Assembly (NCBI GenBank): GCA_047495785.1 | Contig: JBLDXI010000015.1 | Coordinates: forward strand, 4,712,001 to 4,776,000 | DNA from: Lepidodermella squamata | Lineage: Eukaryota > Animalia > Gastrotricha | Direction of reading: 5' to 3' | DNA length: 64,000 nucleotides | Shown: one piece after another, positions 10,701 through 22,685 of the stretch | Numbering within the stretch: position 1 is the stretch's first letter | Layout: each line of letters opens with the position of its first letter | Notes under the pieces: model-generated | Database searches by the model: none | What the model was told of the DNA's origin: nothing | The model's input: only the letters and a program-made list of their open reading frames with translations | Translations under genes and position numbers: made by a program

Positions 10701-11770
10701 TAATGCGCTCTTAATAACGGATGCCTTGGATCGACCTTGAACTGATCTTTTTGCATGCTGATGATTTGATATTTGACACCATCTCACTGCATTATTTCAG
10801 CCCCTAGCACCTAGATGATTGATGATTCGCATGTTAATCGATGGTGATTAATTTATTTTATTAGGAAACTTATCAAAATGACGCATGAAAAAATAAATCA
10901 TTGCTGTCTCATATTTGTCGACGGGCATATGAGCGATTTCAACGTGGAAGATGTTTCAATAGCAATTCGAAACTCGATTCTCCCCCTGCATTGCCTTCCC
11001 GGTTTCCCTTTGTTTAATGCTTTGGGAATATACGTCATAAGTAAGAATCGGATCTTGATAAATTACCCAGTACAAAATCCATTCCGAAATATTCAATCTT
11101 TATTGCGATCGCTTTCTGAGATGCGGCAGACAACGGATATTGACAGCCCGCGAACAAAAGCTGTCGGTCGAAGCGATGTGAACTTGGAGAAACTGATTAA
11201 CGATAAGAACAGAACAACCAGAGTGAAATGGAATATCATAGCCTTTCACGTGGCTGGCTATGACCTGTTATCATCAGATTTGGTCTGTGAATTTGTGTCA
11301 AATATTTCTGCGCCGTTAAAAACTGTTACAGTCATTCGAAGTGACAGCCAGAAGCGAGATAAAAAGAATTCAGAAGGGGACTTAGTTTCAGAGGTGCACT
11401 ATGTCTCAAATGGCTTCGAATTGACGAAACGGATGAAAAGTCTATTTCTGCAACCGCTGAACGAAAAATTGGACCTGAAAATTTACTTGGCAGAGAGGGT
11501 GATTAATGCTAACATGCAAATGACTTTCATTCCACCGGGCATTTTTTTCGAAACTTGCCACGTACAAACGCCCTTTTTCTTGAAGAATATGCTGGGAACT
11601 TCGGTTACTTTCGAAGCTCCGCTGTCTGGCCACAGGCCTGCGAAAAAGAAAGCTAATTCAGCAGAATTCTCCGAAGTGGTTTTTTCTTGCGCTGCTACAA
11701 TCCAAAGTAATGATCTCCCCATTGATGTGTTATATGGTCCTCCAATTGCAGTGTTTTCGGAAGGTGGATA

Positions 11771-14713
11771 CAGGGTGTTTCAGAACTTGCGCACTAAAAT
11801 AACCTGCGGCAAATGGTTGCCTTGGTATCCAGAGTAAACGTGCGCGCGCTGCGCATACATTCCGCGCACATATGTTTATATTTTTGCATAGGATAAGGCG
11901 CGGCTAGCGCAAACGGTAATGCGTGTAATGCGTATATGCTATGTAGTTGGCGTTATACGTCCCATATGGCGTGCAAGCGGTATGCGCGCATTATAACATG
12001 CGCAAATCGAACTCGTATATACCGCGTATATACCGTAACGCTGCTGCAGTAATGGGAATATCGCTAGGAAATAAGACTTGCTCTTGCAAAATATCTGGAA
12101 ATTTGCCGATTTCTCAATGAAGAAACCTCCAACAGGACAGGTTCTTAATGCGGCTATGAATAATTTCGAGTTTGCAAAACAGATATGATGAAAATTATTA
12201 CCGATAATGTAATTTTTACGCCGTTGCTGTTGTTTTATTCCATGAATTTGATTTCACGTTCATTCACTCTTGAAAAGAGCAGTAAAAATTGAGAGGAAGT
12301 GAAAAAAGTCGTGAGTAAAGGTAATGTTGCAACACTCTGATTGAGTTTAAAAATTTCTGTGAGCTAAAATTTGAAAGCAAAAACTTAGTCGCTTCCACGG
12401 GAAAATGTCGTTTACCACTTGCATAAGAATGGACGCAAAAACATTGACGTTACCTTAAACGGCCCAACTACGACGATTTTTGTGACATTTGACATGCGAT
12501 TCCTTACGAACCCTGTGGATAGACTTTTTGCGCGACAAACCAGCCTGGTAGACCAGCTCTTGGGCTTTCAAACGATATCAAGAAATCAAAAATCCATCCA
12601 CGGGTATTCAAGAGGGAGGGTTGTAAAGTTGACACGGTTGTAGCGAAAAACGGCCTCTCTACGCCGGTTTTCGCGTCGATTGACATGCGTCTCCTTGCGA
12701 TGCCCGTGGATAGACTTTCGGCGCGACCAACCAGCCTTGTAGAGCTCATCTCGGGCTATCTAACGATGTCAAGAAATCAAAAATCCATCCACGGGTATTC
12801 AAGAGGGAGGGTTGTAAAGTTGACACGGTTGTAGCGAAAAACGGCCTCTCTACGCCGGTTTTCGCGTCGATTGACATGCGTCTCCTTGCGATGCCCGTGG
12901 ATAGACTTTCGGCGCGACCAACCAGCCTTGTAGAGCTCATCTCGGGCTATCTAACGATGTCAAGAAATCAAAAATCCATCCACGGGTATTCAAGAGGGAG
13001 GGTTGTAAAGTTGACACGGTTGTAGCGAAAAACGGCCTCTCTACGCCGGTTTTCGCGTCGATTGACATGCGTCTCCTTGCGATGCCCGTGGATAGACTTT
13101 CGGCGCGACCAACCAGCCTTGTAGAGCTCATCTCGGGCTATCTAACGATGTCAAGAAATCAAAAATCCATCCACGGGTATTCAAGAGGGAGGGTTGTAAA
13201 GTTGACACGGTTGTAGCGAAAAACGGCCTCTCTACGCCGGTTTTCGCGTCGATTGACATGCGTCTCCTTGCGATGCCCGTGGATAGACTTTCGGCGCGAC
13301 CAACCAGCCTTGTAGAGCTCATCTCGGGCTATCTAACGATGTCAAGAAATCAAAAATCCATCCACGGGTATTCAAGAGGGAGGGTTGTAAAGTTGACACG
13401 GTTGTAGCGAAAAACGGCCTCTCTACGCCGGTTTTCGCGTCGATTGACATGCGTCTCCTTGCGATGCCCGTGGATAGACTTTCGGCGCGACCAACCAGCC
13501 TTGTAGAGCTCATCTCGGGCTATCTAACGATGTCAAGAAATCAAAAATCCATCCACGGGTATTCAAGAGGGAGGGTTGTAAAGTTGACACGGTTGTAGCG
13601 AAAAACGGCCTCTCTACGCCGGTTTTCGCGTCGATTGACATGCGTCTCCTTGCGATGCCCGTGGATAGACTTTCGGCGCGACCAACCAGCCTTGTAGAGC
13701 TCATCTCGGGCTATCTAACGATGTCAAGAAATCAAAAATCCATCCACGGGTATTCAAGAGGGAGGGTTGTAAAGTTGACACGGTTGTAGCGAAAAACGGC
13801 CTCTCTACGCCGGTTTTCGCGTCGATTGACATGCGTCTCCTTGCGATGTCCGTGGATAGAAATTTTGCGCGACTTACTGGCCTTGTTAAGCACATCTCTG
13901 GCTGTTTAGTGATGTGAAAATATGCAATTGGCATCCACGGATTTTTGGAGATGCTGGAGCCTGAAGGCTGGAAAATTCCAATTTCTCACCTTTTCTTGGG
14001 TTTTTCGAAGATTGTATAAAGTCTAGCCATGAATTGTTCGCTATTTATCCTTCAACATTTTGCTCCTGATTTCTTGATCGTAATTTCGAGGAAATTTCGA
14101 TTAGTTATCCACGAAATCAGATTGCTACATTACGTCCACGTAATGAACTGCAAACCTTCCTTTTCTGTCTTCGCTTGATGTACAACATTTGCCAGTGGTT
14201 TAGATCAACGTCATTTTTTATCAACATGTGCAGTCGGGGCCTTGAATTAATGCAACGTGAAAGAAATTTTGATGCCAAGGCAGGAGACTAATTAACCAAC
14301 GATTTTTCGACAAATTCAACATCAAGTAAAATCAGAATTTTCTCAGAAATCATCAATTTCTGAAATATCCAGCCACGGAATTTGAGAAATTGTTTTGAAA
14401 CCTCTCGCTTCAGAGTCCAATCAATCAGCATGTTTCAGAAAAACATGACATCATCCTCGAAATAAAAAAGATATTCAATGAAACTCGGCTCAAATTTATC
14501 GAGGCTCGAAGGTTTCCACCAGAAAATAACTACGGCAGTGCTATTATGTATGCTGTACATTTATGTATTACGCATATTTTATACGCTGACTACAGTAGTG
14601 TGTGGTACATTTATAGGTAAAATAGTATACGCGTATAATAGTGTATGCGCATAACAATGCGCGCGCATTTGCCGCATGCTATTCATATAGTGCGCGAGTT
14701 CTGAAACACCCTG
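11771..14713. mobile_element. Non-autonomous Tc1/mariner-superfamily element (2943 bp)
   Basis: TIR CAGGGTGTTTCAGAACTTGCGCACTA (11771-11796) versus TAGTGCGCGAGTTCTGAAACACCCTG (14688-14713), one mismatch, with weaker similarity to about 45 bp. TA duplication at 11769-11770 and 14714-14715. No transposase ORF. Confidence 0.9.
12488..13940. repeat. Tandem array of a 191-bp unit, about 7.5 copies, inside the Tc1/mariner element
   Basis: GACATGCG recurs at 12491, 12682, 12873, 13064, 13255, 13446, 13637 and 13828; identical 64-aa ORFs recur every 191 bp; edge copies are diverged. Confidence 0.97.
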
Positions 14714-15415
14714 TATAACGGATTCGATGAGCTGATTTCAGCATTATTATCTGATGGCTTGACAATGATATGCCGTCAAATGAAACCTACGAGCGACTTG
14801 CAACCTTTCTTTGCTCTGATTCCACGTGAGATCGGCAGCCGTAGTGTTTTACGTCGTCTCGTTACTTCAGATTTTCTGCTGCCAACATCTACATTTGCTA
14901 TGGACTGTCCAATTCTTAACCCCGAAGATAACATCCTCAGCAAGATACCTCTTTGGCGCGATGAACTGGATCATATTGTAGCAACATTGAAAGGAAAACT
15001 TTGGAACAAACTTCTGCGAAAATGATGAACCTGACACTGTCTGTTGATTAAATTGGCTCAATATATAATTTGGACCAAGATCAAATGACCTCCTTTGTTT
15101 ATGATTTATGATTGCTTCTCTTTTTGAAAAAATAAAAGCATTCAAAGCAATTAATGATTTTTTTTTGAAAAGCAAGGCGTTCATAGGTATCGAGAATTGG
15201 TCAAAAATCCATCATGCTCAATTTTAATAGTTTGTTCAACACATTGATCCTGTATTCATGATCAAATCAGAGGTCAACAAAGTTTCATAGATACTCTTAT
15301 GACGTATTTAATGCTACAAATAACCAAGCGGTTGAAACGAAAATATTCCTTTTGCGAGTTAGTAGTAGTTGAATAAGAAAAATAGGCCTTAACGAAGAAT
15401 GCCATCTGTTTCGGT

Positions 15416-17658
15416 TTAGTTTTCCAAGAATTTACGCCACTGCTCCAAGGAAATATTTCCCTCGGGATGATCGCTGATTTCTCGAACGATAGAATCGATT
15501 ATATCATCGTCTGTGGGCAAATGCATTTGCGTACACTTTCTCTTAATATCATCGCGGGTTATGTAACCACGCCGATGATTGTCCAACTGCAAAAACAGCT
15601 CATCGACTCTCGGTCGGCCAGTGATACCCAACTTTCTCAGCTGAGTACGTAACTCAGCGACAAGCCGACTGCGGTCGCCATCGCTATTTACAGGAGGGAA
15701 TAAGTAGTGATTATACGATCATTATCATCGATAACTTACTTCCGAACGACAGTTACTGGTTGGAAACGATAGCAAGAGGCACCACGGTCATTAGTAGCAT
15801 TGCCTAAATGAGCACGAAGATTTTCAATAACTTCATTCGGAAATTGGTCGCGGTATTTCTCAACAAACGACAACACGAAGGTGTCCGCACTTTTGATAAT
15901 GAATCGCTGCTTGAACACTTCGACACGTGCCCCAATGTAGAGATCCTAGAATCAGGGACAATTTCAGAGGTTAGAAACCTCAAGGCAAAAATTGGGGCAA
16001 AAAATATACTTGAGGTCCATAATATATAGGACGTTCAGCAGTTGAGCCGGGCTTGGCCACTCGAGATTTTTCCAAAAATTTGCCACCAATGACGCCACTG
16101 TTGCGTTTCGGCGGCTCGTAAATCGACAGTGCATCATCGGACACATGGTAAATTATGACAAAGCGACGCCCAGCATCTTCAGGATGAACAGAGTCGAGCT
16201 CGGCTTCGTACCGTAGTTTAACGGCATCGTTTTCCATAATTTTGATGTAATCCTTCTTTGGTGGTTCTGGTATGAGGGAAATTACGTTTTGAAGTGAGTC
16301 CTCAATGGAGCCATAGCCATTGTAAGGTGGAATTTCCTGAAATCACGGAAAAGTTACGTTCATCATGAGATGGCTCTAAATTATTGAATATACCATCTTC
16401 GGTAGAGGTTCTCCCCGTTCATTCACGGTTAAAGGAGTGAAGTCAGTTAGACCAAAGTTTTGATAGTAGAAAGATTTCGTGAAATTATCGATGTCAAAGA
16501 TGAAAAATCGGCGGCCATAGATGAAAACCGTTTTTCCGATCATGAAGTCTCTGAAAATAGCCATTCATTATATCAAACTGAAATAGGTACATATTTTGTT
16601 TTCTAGAACTCCAACTTACGATGAAGTGAAAAAATCCTTAGATTCGTTAGGAGTTATTTCCATGTAGATTCCTGGATGAGTTGAAGGAATATTGTTGCGG
16701 TCCTTCAAAATTTTGTGGCGTTGGATCAGAACAGGGAAAGGATCTCGACCATCGTTTTGGCGGTGAACCTCCCTTACTTCAACTGTATCGTCTGCCAGAT
16801 AGTAATGAATAACAACAGGTCGAAGTTCTCCGAAAAGGTTGTCGCGATCATCCCAGACGGCGAAGAAACGCAGGATCTTCTTGTCCATTTCCAAAAATTG
16901 GCGTAACTTGTCGTAATCAGTTTTAGTTTTATTCGTGGTAAGAGCTTCACGTTTTTCGCGAGTTGCAGTGTAAGGATCTTGAGGAATGCACTCTGGAGGG
17001 TCAAGAATAACACCCTCGCTTTCGAGATAATCTCTGGTCCAAGGGTCACAATCCACCACACGGAATGTGCGACCATAAAATGTCACGTTTTTCCCCAAAT
17101 TGAAATCTTTCCAATTCCAAGTCTCACCGTGATCATTTTTGGATATCTTTTGACGATGAAGGAGCTTGCCTTGAGGCATACCACTGTTTCTAACTTCTGG
17201 CTCAATGACGGAAATACTGTCATCTTCCAGGTAGTAGAAGATGTCCACGGGCCGTACACGATAATGCTCATTTGGAGATTCGTAGACAGTTTGCTTGAAA
17301 TAGGCCTTGAAGCGAAGAACTTTCTTATCGAATGCAACATGAGCAGGGATGAAAACTTCAGGCGGAGCTTGCTTAGGCTTTCCGTAAGTTATCGTCGGTT
17401 GATAATTGGCGAGGGCATCTAGCTCATCTTGGCTTATTGTGTTGTGGTGAAGAAACTGGCCGCCAATGCCAACCTCTTTTAGCTTTGGCTGAGAAAACCC
17501 ATCCTTCATTCCAAGAGTCTGGGGCCTCCGAAAATCATGAGCCTGAATGTTTAATTGATGATTCAATAATTATCTTGCATATATCATTTACTTACTGCTG
17601 GATTGGTGAAAGTATTTCCAGGTAAAAAAGGGAGCGATTGATTTCTACGTTCGGCCAT
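15416..17658 (-). CDS. EFHC1: EF-hand domain-containing protein 1 (Rib72/myoclonin), three DM10 domains plus EF-hand, multi-exon
   Basis: N-terminus MAERRNQSLPFLPGNTF; DM10 motifs AFDKKVLRFKAYF, YYLEDDSISV.EP, LRFFAVWDD, YHVSDDALSIYEPPKRNSG; C-terminal EF-hand. Confidence 0.93.
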
Positions 17659-19819
17659 TATTGTAAAATAACGGAACTGCTACACAATTTTAGAATGTAA
17701 AATATCAAAGATATTATTTATATCGAAAACATCAATAAGTTTGATACATAATGGACATTTAATAAGTTTGTATATGAAATGCGGCGACAAATGCCGAGAT
17801 GACAATCAGCAAACAAGATTGAAGTTGGCTGGCCACGATTGGATTTTCCCAGCGGGCCACCGATTGTTCAAGAACTAGCATTGTGTCATATGTTTTACCT
17901 TATTTGCCAGATTTAGGGATACCTTGCTAGTGTTTCAAATGTAACTTTGGCACATGAAAAACGCATAGAAAATCGGCAATCGGAAAGGAAAATTCAGGAT
18001 AAAGGGACAGACCCTAATGGGTTAAATACATATCAAATTTCCACCTCACCAAATCGATCGCACTGCCATAATTTTTTTGAAAAGATGAACGAATGCTATT
18101 AACGTTATTCTGCGTTCCACTGTTAATATCAACGTCCTTAATCGGTCTCAACCGGACCAAGAAACACTAGGCGTGATGCTAATCGCTGATCCGAAAAGAC
18201 ACTTCTCACGCCCATGAGATGTTTAAGCACAGTCGCCAATTTATCGGCGTTACACTAAGGCATGATGTTATAGAACCGAAGAGCCCAGACCCCAGAAGTA
18301 TTTCTTCCAAAAATTCAACGAAAAGCGCTACAACAATGGGGTAGTAGTATTAGATGTTATACAATCAGAAGCGTTCTTTTGCTTTCTCGGGCGACAGTAA
18401 TTTCTCTCAACCGAACAATGTCGTGAGGACCACTATTCACAAAAGGCAGATCAGGGTTGCCAAGTATATCACGGGATATAATATTTGCAGCCCTACAATC
18501 GCAAATTCTATGTTGCCAGCTAGGTTGCAGAAGTATAAAGACCAGGAAAATCCAATCGAAGTCAGAAATAGGTAGGGCATTAAGCTATCGTTGCTAACTG
18601 CAAGTAACTAAGGACGCCGTCACCAAGTAAAATAAAAAAATAATTAATGCGTAAATGTCAGCTTAAAAATTAGTTTGTTTGTTTTTTCAAATATTGTGTG
18701 AAGTTTAATTTTGATTATATTATTTTCGACGTGATGATGCGCTGTCCAGGTTTTTTCTCGGGGGTTAATAAAAGTCCCGAAGGCTTGTAGCTTCGGATGA
18801 CGAACACGGATAGCACGGAAAGTTTGCAAGATCTTTAGACTTTAGACAACAGCTTTGGGAGGGTAACGCGCGCACGGCCAAGATATTTCTTTTCTTTTCT
18901 TTTCACCAGCTTTCACCAATGGACCCTCTGGCGGTCGCGTAAAGATGCTTCACCTTACGGTTTTTAGGATTTGATTGTTCAACTTATTCCTCCTGACTGC
19001 CTGAATAGCCAGGCCGCTGAATATATGCTTTAATAGCTACATTCAATGTCATAACCCGGGTGTAATTTGGAATTAGATTATCCCTGGGACAATTCGGTGG
19101 CTTGCGGCTCAAGCTCTCTTCATGGATGTGAATTGTAAATTATTACTGAATTGTGCGGAAATTGTGACTATTTTTACGATAAGGACTAGCTGATTCCTTA
19201 TCCAAATCTTGCCTGCGCGCTATTAATCTCGTAGATGGTACAATTTGATGGGGTACCTCCTGGGTCTGATTGGCTATTAGCTGTCGGGCTGAATAGTATG
19301 CTTGCACTATCTTAAATATAGTTCGGATTGCCGATACTGCTGTTACGACTAACATTCGTCACCAGTGATACGTGGTAAGTGCTTTCCGTTCCTATTGCCA
19401 AACTAATGCCGAAATAACTTGGGAAGCTTGCAGCTTGCAATTTTCGTCCCATATTGTGTCGAGCAAATTCAAGAGAATATTTACAGACAAGATTCTGGTC
19501 GGAAATGTTATAATGATGTATACCCTCCTGCCCTGCTGTCTGCTGAATGTTATGGGATTTCGGACGTTCTTATCTCTTATCCTCTTCCTGTTGTTTGATT
19601 TTTTGCGTTGTTCATGTGATCTACACCGCGTGCCTTGTAAATCACGCGAATTTTTTTCTCTGCATTCAAAACCCCTTTTTTTCTCTGAAACGCACAAAAA
19701 TCACACGATAGTACATCTTGTCTAGATAAAGTGTAAATTTTTAATCCCAAGTTTTTTTAGGATGTTTGATAAACCTCAAGTACTATGATCTATAACGCAC
19801 GTAATGAAGCATTACACTA

Positions 19820-20784
19820 ATGCTGTTTGTCAGGCTAGCTCTCCGAGCCAAAAGGCGGAAAAAATGTCTGGCACTAGTCGTTTTCTTGCTGGTCTGCCTT
19901 GCTGTAATATCGTTGGCGGAGTTTCCGTTTTTTAGCGGTGCACCTGCTTATGAATCGAAAATCGACACATCGAAAGCAAAAACAGATCACCGAATTGCGC
20001 TTATCGTTCCGTTTCGAGATCGGAAAGATGAATTACACGAATTCGTTCCTCATATATCCAAGTTTCTAGACGTTCAAGACATTCGTCACGGCATCTTCAT
20101 TATAAACCAAACAGATTCGTTCCGGTTCAATCGAGCAGTTCTCATTAATATTGGCTTTGTGGTTAGCTCTGGTGAAGGATTTGACTACATGGCTATGCAC
20201 GACATTGATTTATTGCCATTGGATCAACGTTTGTCTTACGCCTTTCCCTTTAAAGGTCCTATGCACCTCAGCTCACCAAAGTTGCATCCGCTATATCACT
20301 ATGAAACTTACGTAGGCGGTATTCTAGTCATTTCTCACGCTCATTTCAAACTCGTGAATGGCATGTCCAATCGGTATTGGGGTTGGGGTCTTGAGGATGA
20401 CGAATTTTACACTCGTTTACGTCACGCCAACTTGACAATCTACCGCCCTACCTTTAACTCAACGAATGCGTTTCGCCATATTCATGATCGAAAGAAGCGC
20501 AAGCGAGATTTTCGAGAAAAAATACCATCTTTACACAAGGTTGACAGAAGAACTGGCTTATCAACGCTAGAAACCGACGGAAAGCACGGTAATCCATTCG
20601 ACTAAAGTATTTCTTGGTTTTCAACGATTAGTTTTTAGGGCCATTATATACCATAACGGATTCCCGACCTGTGCTCATTCAGAACCACGCGGCTACCGTT
20701 TATGACGTTCGCCTGGAGTGCAATCTTGAAGCTACACCATGGTGTTTACCATCTGGTGCCAAATCTCTTCCAGCTAAATCTTAG
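19820..20784 (+). CDS. B4GALT7: Beta-1,4-galactosyltransferase 7 (xylosylprotein 4-beta-galactosyltransferase), 2 exons
   Basis: Type II TM; VPFRDR, FNRAVLINIGF, MHDIDLLP, YVGGIL, NRYWGWGLEDDEF; second exon from about 20639 encodes LECNLEATPWC. Confidence 0.93.
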
Positions 20785-20890
20785 CATTGCTCTTTCCAAT
20801 TTCTTACATTTTTCGCATTACCATAGAATATTAAATGCTATAATTTATAACAATTCAATCTTGTTCCTGATAGATTATTGAACAGATATA

Positions 20891-21528
20891 ATGACTGAGA
20901 ATGGCAATGAAACGAATCCAATAGCAGCCGCAAGCAGCTCCGCCGCTGTTGCTGTTTCCGAAGTACAGCCGGAACAAACCTATGATCAAGCTCCGCCACC
21001 AGCCTATTCTGACGTGGTAAATTCTTGCAGTTCCGCCGGTGCCGAACCTGAACACTGGAAAGCAACTTCAAATGCAGCTTATGCCGTTCCACCACCGCTT
21101 TTTGATCATATGGCCCCGGTGCGTCCCCTTCTGTCCTCGCAACCTTTAAGAGTAGTCGTCGATCAACGGGGTGTTCCTGTTTCCGTACCACCGGGAGTTC
21201 AAGTTGTTGTTGTCCCAGCACGTGGCGCCCGAGTCGTCGAGAGAGAGGTTATAACAAAAAATGATCATTTAAAAAAATGTATTTGGGTTTTATATAGGAT
21301 GAAGGCAAACGAATCAGGAGCATCGCGCTTTCCATGGCAGTTTTATCGCTGTTTTTTGGTTCACTTTTCTGCGCTATTCCAGCTCTCATATGCGCTTGTC
21401 GTCGATATGCCCCAATTGTCGATTACAGAAAATCAATCGCTCTAAGCTCCATTGCTTTACTCGTAGGAATTACTGGTTTGATTTTGGCCACGCTGCGAGC
21501 AAATCAAAAAGCTATGGCGCACATGTGA
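20891..21528 (+). CDS. Proline-rich CD225/dispanin-like membrane protein, 2 exons (intron about 21248-21297)
   Basis: PPPAY motif, then two hydrophobic segments SLFFGSLFCAIPALICA and ALSSIALLVGI; paralogous to 24835-25431. Confidence 0.6.
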
Positions 21529-22685
21529 AACGGTGTAAACTGTTTATACTTATAGTCTATGGTTGATGTTAGATCTAATTAAATATATTCACCGGATGCT
21601 TTGAATCAGCGGTGCTGTACAGAATGAATTTTCATTGTTAGTGCTGTGACTAATTATTTTGCATAATTTTTTAATGCCGATGTACACAGTTTCACTGACC
21701 GACTTTGCAGCCAGGTTATTTTACCACTCTTTGATCACATATTCATTATTTAGCATATTTTATTTCAGTCATGAGTTTTCGTGTTCCCTGAAATATGGAT
21801 CAAAATAAAAATTGGTATTGTTGATTGCTAAATTGTTGTGTGAGCAAGTTTTTCAATGTAGCGAAATGAGAAGCAAGTGACGTTACGCAATGAGTTTGAA
21901 GATTTTGCAAGGCATTAGTTTCACTTAAGATGTGTCGAAGAAGCGGGATTGTTGCCATACAGTCAGCGGCGTTGTCGGCATTACATGTTATGTTGTTGAA
22001 GGAAGTAGCAAAGATATCGTTAAATCTTGACTTTTCCTTACACAACGATACCATCAGCCCTCATTTCACACTGTTTCGTTTCGATTAGCCATATTGAATC
22101 TTTCAGGCTCGCTCCTGATGCATTCCCTCACTCTTTGGGTGCTGGCCATGCATGAAAGAATAACATAACAACAGTACAGTAAAGAAACGATAGTCCTCAT
22201 TTACCTAATAAGGTGCCTCTAGCTGTGTCGTTTCACCCGAGCCCGTGACATCTTAGGTTCACGCATCTGAAGTTGATTAGGATCAACAGGAACACAACAA
22301 GAGCTGCTAGATTATTTTTTCCTTGCGAAGGTTCCTGCTTAACTTGAACTTGACAAAATATTGTCCTAGTCGCTGGGTAATAGTTAAAATGGAACAGAAG
22401 ATGAACTAGGTAGGCGACCAGCCACTCGACGAGCCAAAAAAATTTCCATCAAGAAAGCATGCGACAAATAGACACATTTACTGCACAAAAATGAAAATTT
22501 TTATTTCAAGAGAGTGTTTTTACTGGAAAATAATTATGTCGTTATTTTTATTCAAATGAGTCAGTAGTTTTTTCTCTGTCCTTTATCTGCCCCTTTCGTC
22601 CTCGTCCGATGATGGTTGAACAGCAGGCTTCGGTACGTTTTTTCGTCTAGTTCGTTTTCTTTTCCCTCTCTCCGTAAGCTTTCAA

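Larger units (their letters stand above)
10878..15025 (+). pseudogene. M1AP: Meiosis 1 arrest protein (M1AP)-like gene, ORF interrupted at codon 298 by a DNA transposon
   Basis: Removing 11771-14713 plus one TA joins ORF 10878 in frame to 14714-15025 (...EGG-Y-NGFDELISALL...), giving 400 aa. The N-terminal LGIYVI...YPVQ...NIQSL...LSEMR and C-terminal LYGPP...F..L..ALL...FFALIP...LVTSDFLLP motifs resemble M1AP as I recall it. Confidence 0.65.

Noticed and set aside
12504-13934. Seven near-identical 64-81 aa minus-strand ORFs; possible CRISPR-like array
   Set aside because: By-products of the 191-bp tandem repeat, mostly without a convincing coding context. Units are contiguous with no unique spacers, so this is not CRISPR.
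11775-14698. Tc1/mariner element removed as an intron using TIR-internal GT/AG
   Set aside because: The in-frame product reads TTC TGA and stops at once; the acceptor at 14690 is out of frame.
17800-19750. Short ORFs suggesting a decayed transposon (an ARGVD segment vaguely like piggyBac)
   Set aside because: No consistent domain, TIR or TSD could be identified by eye.
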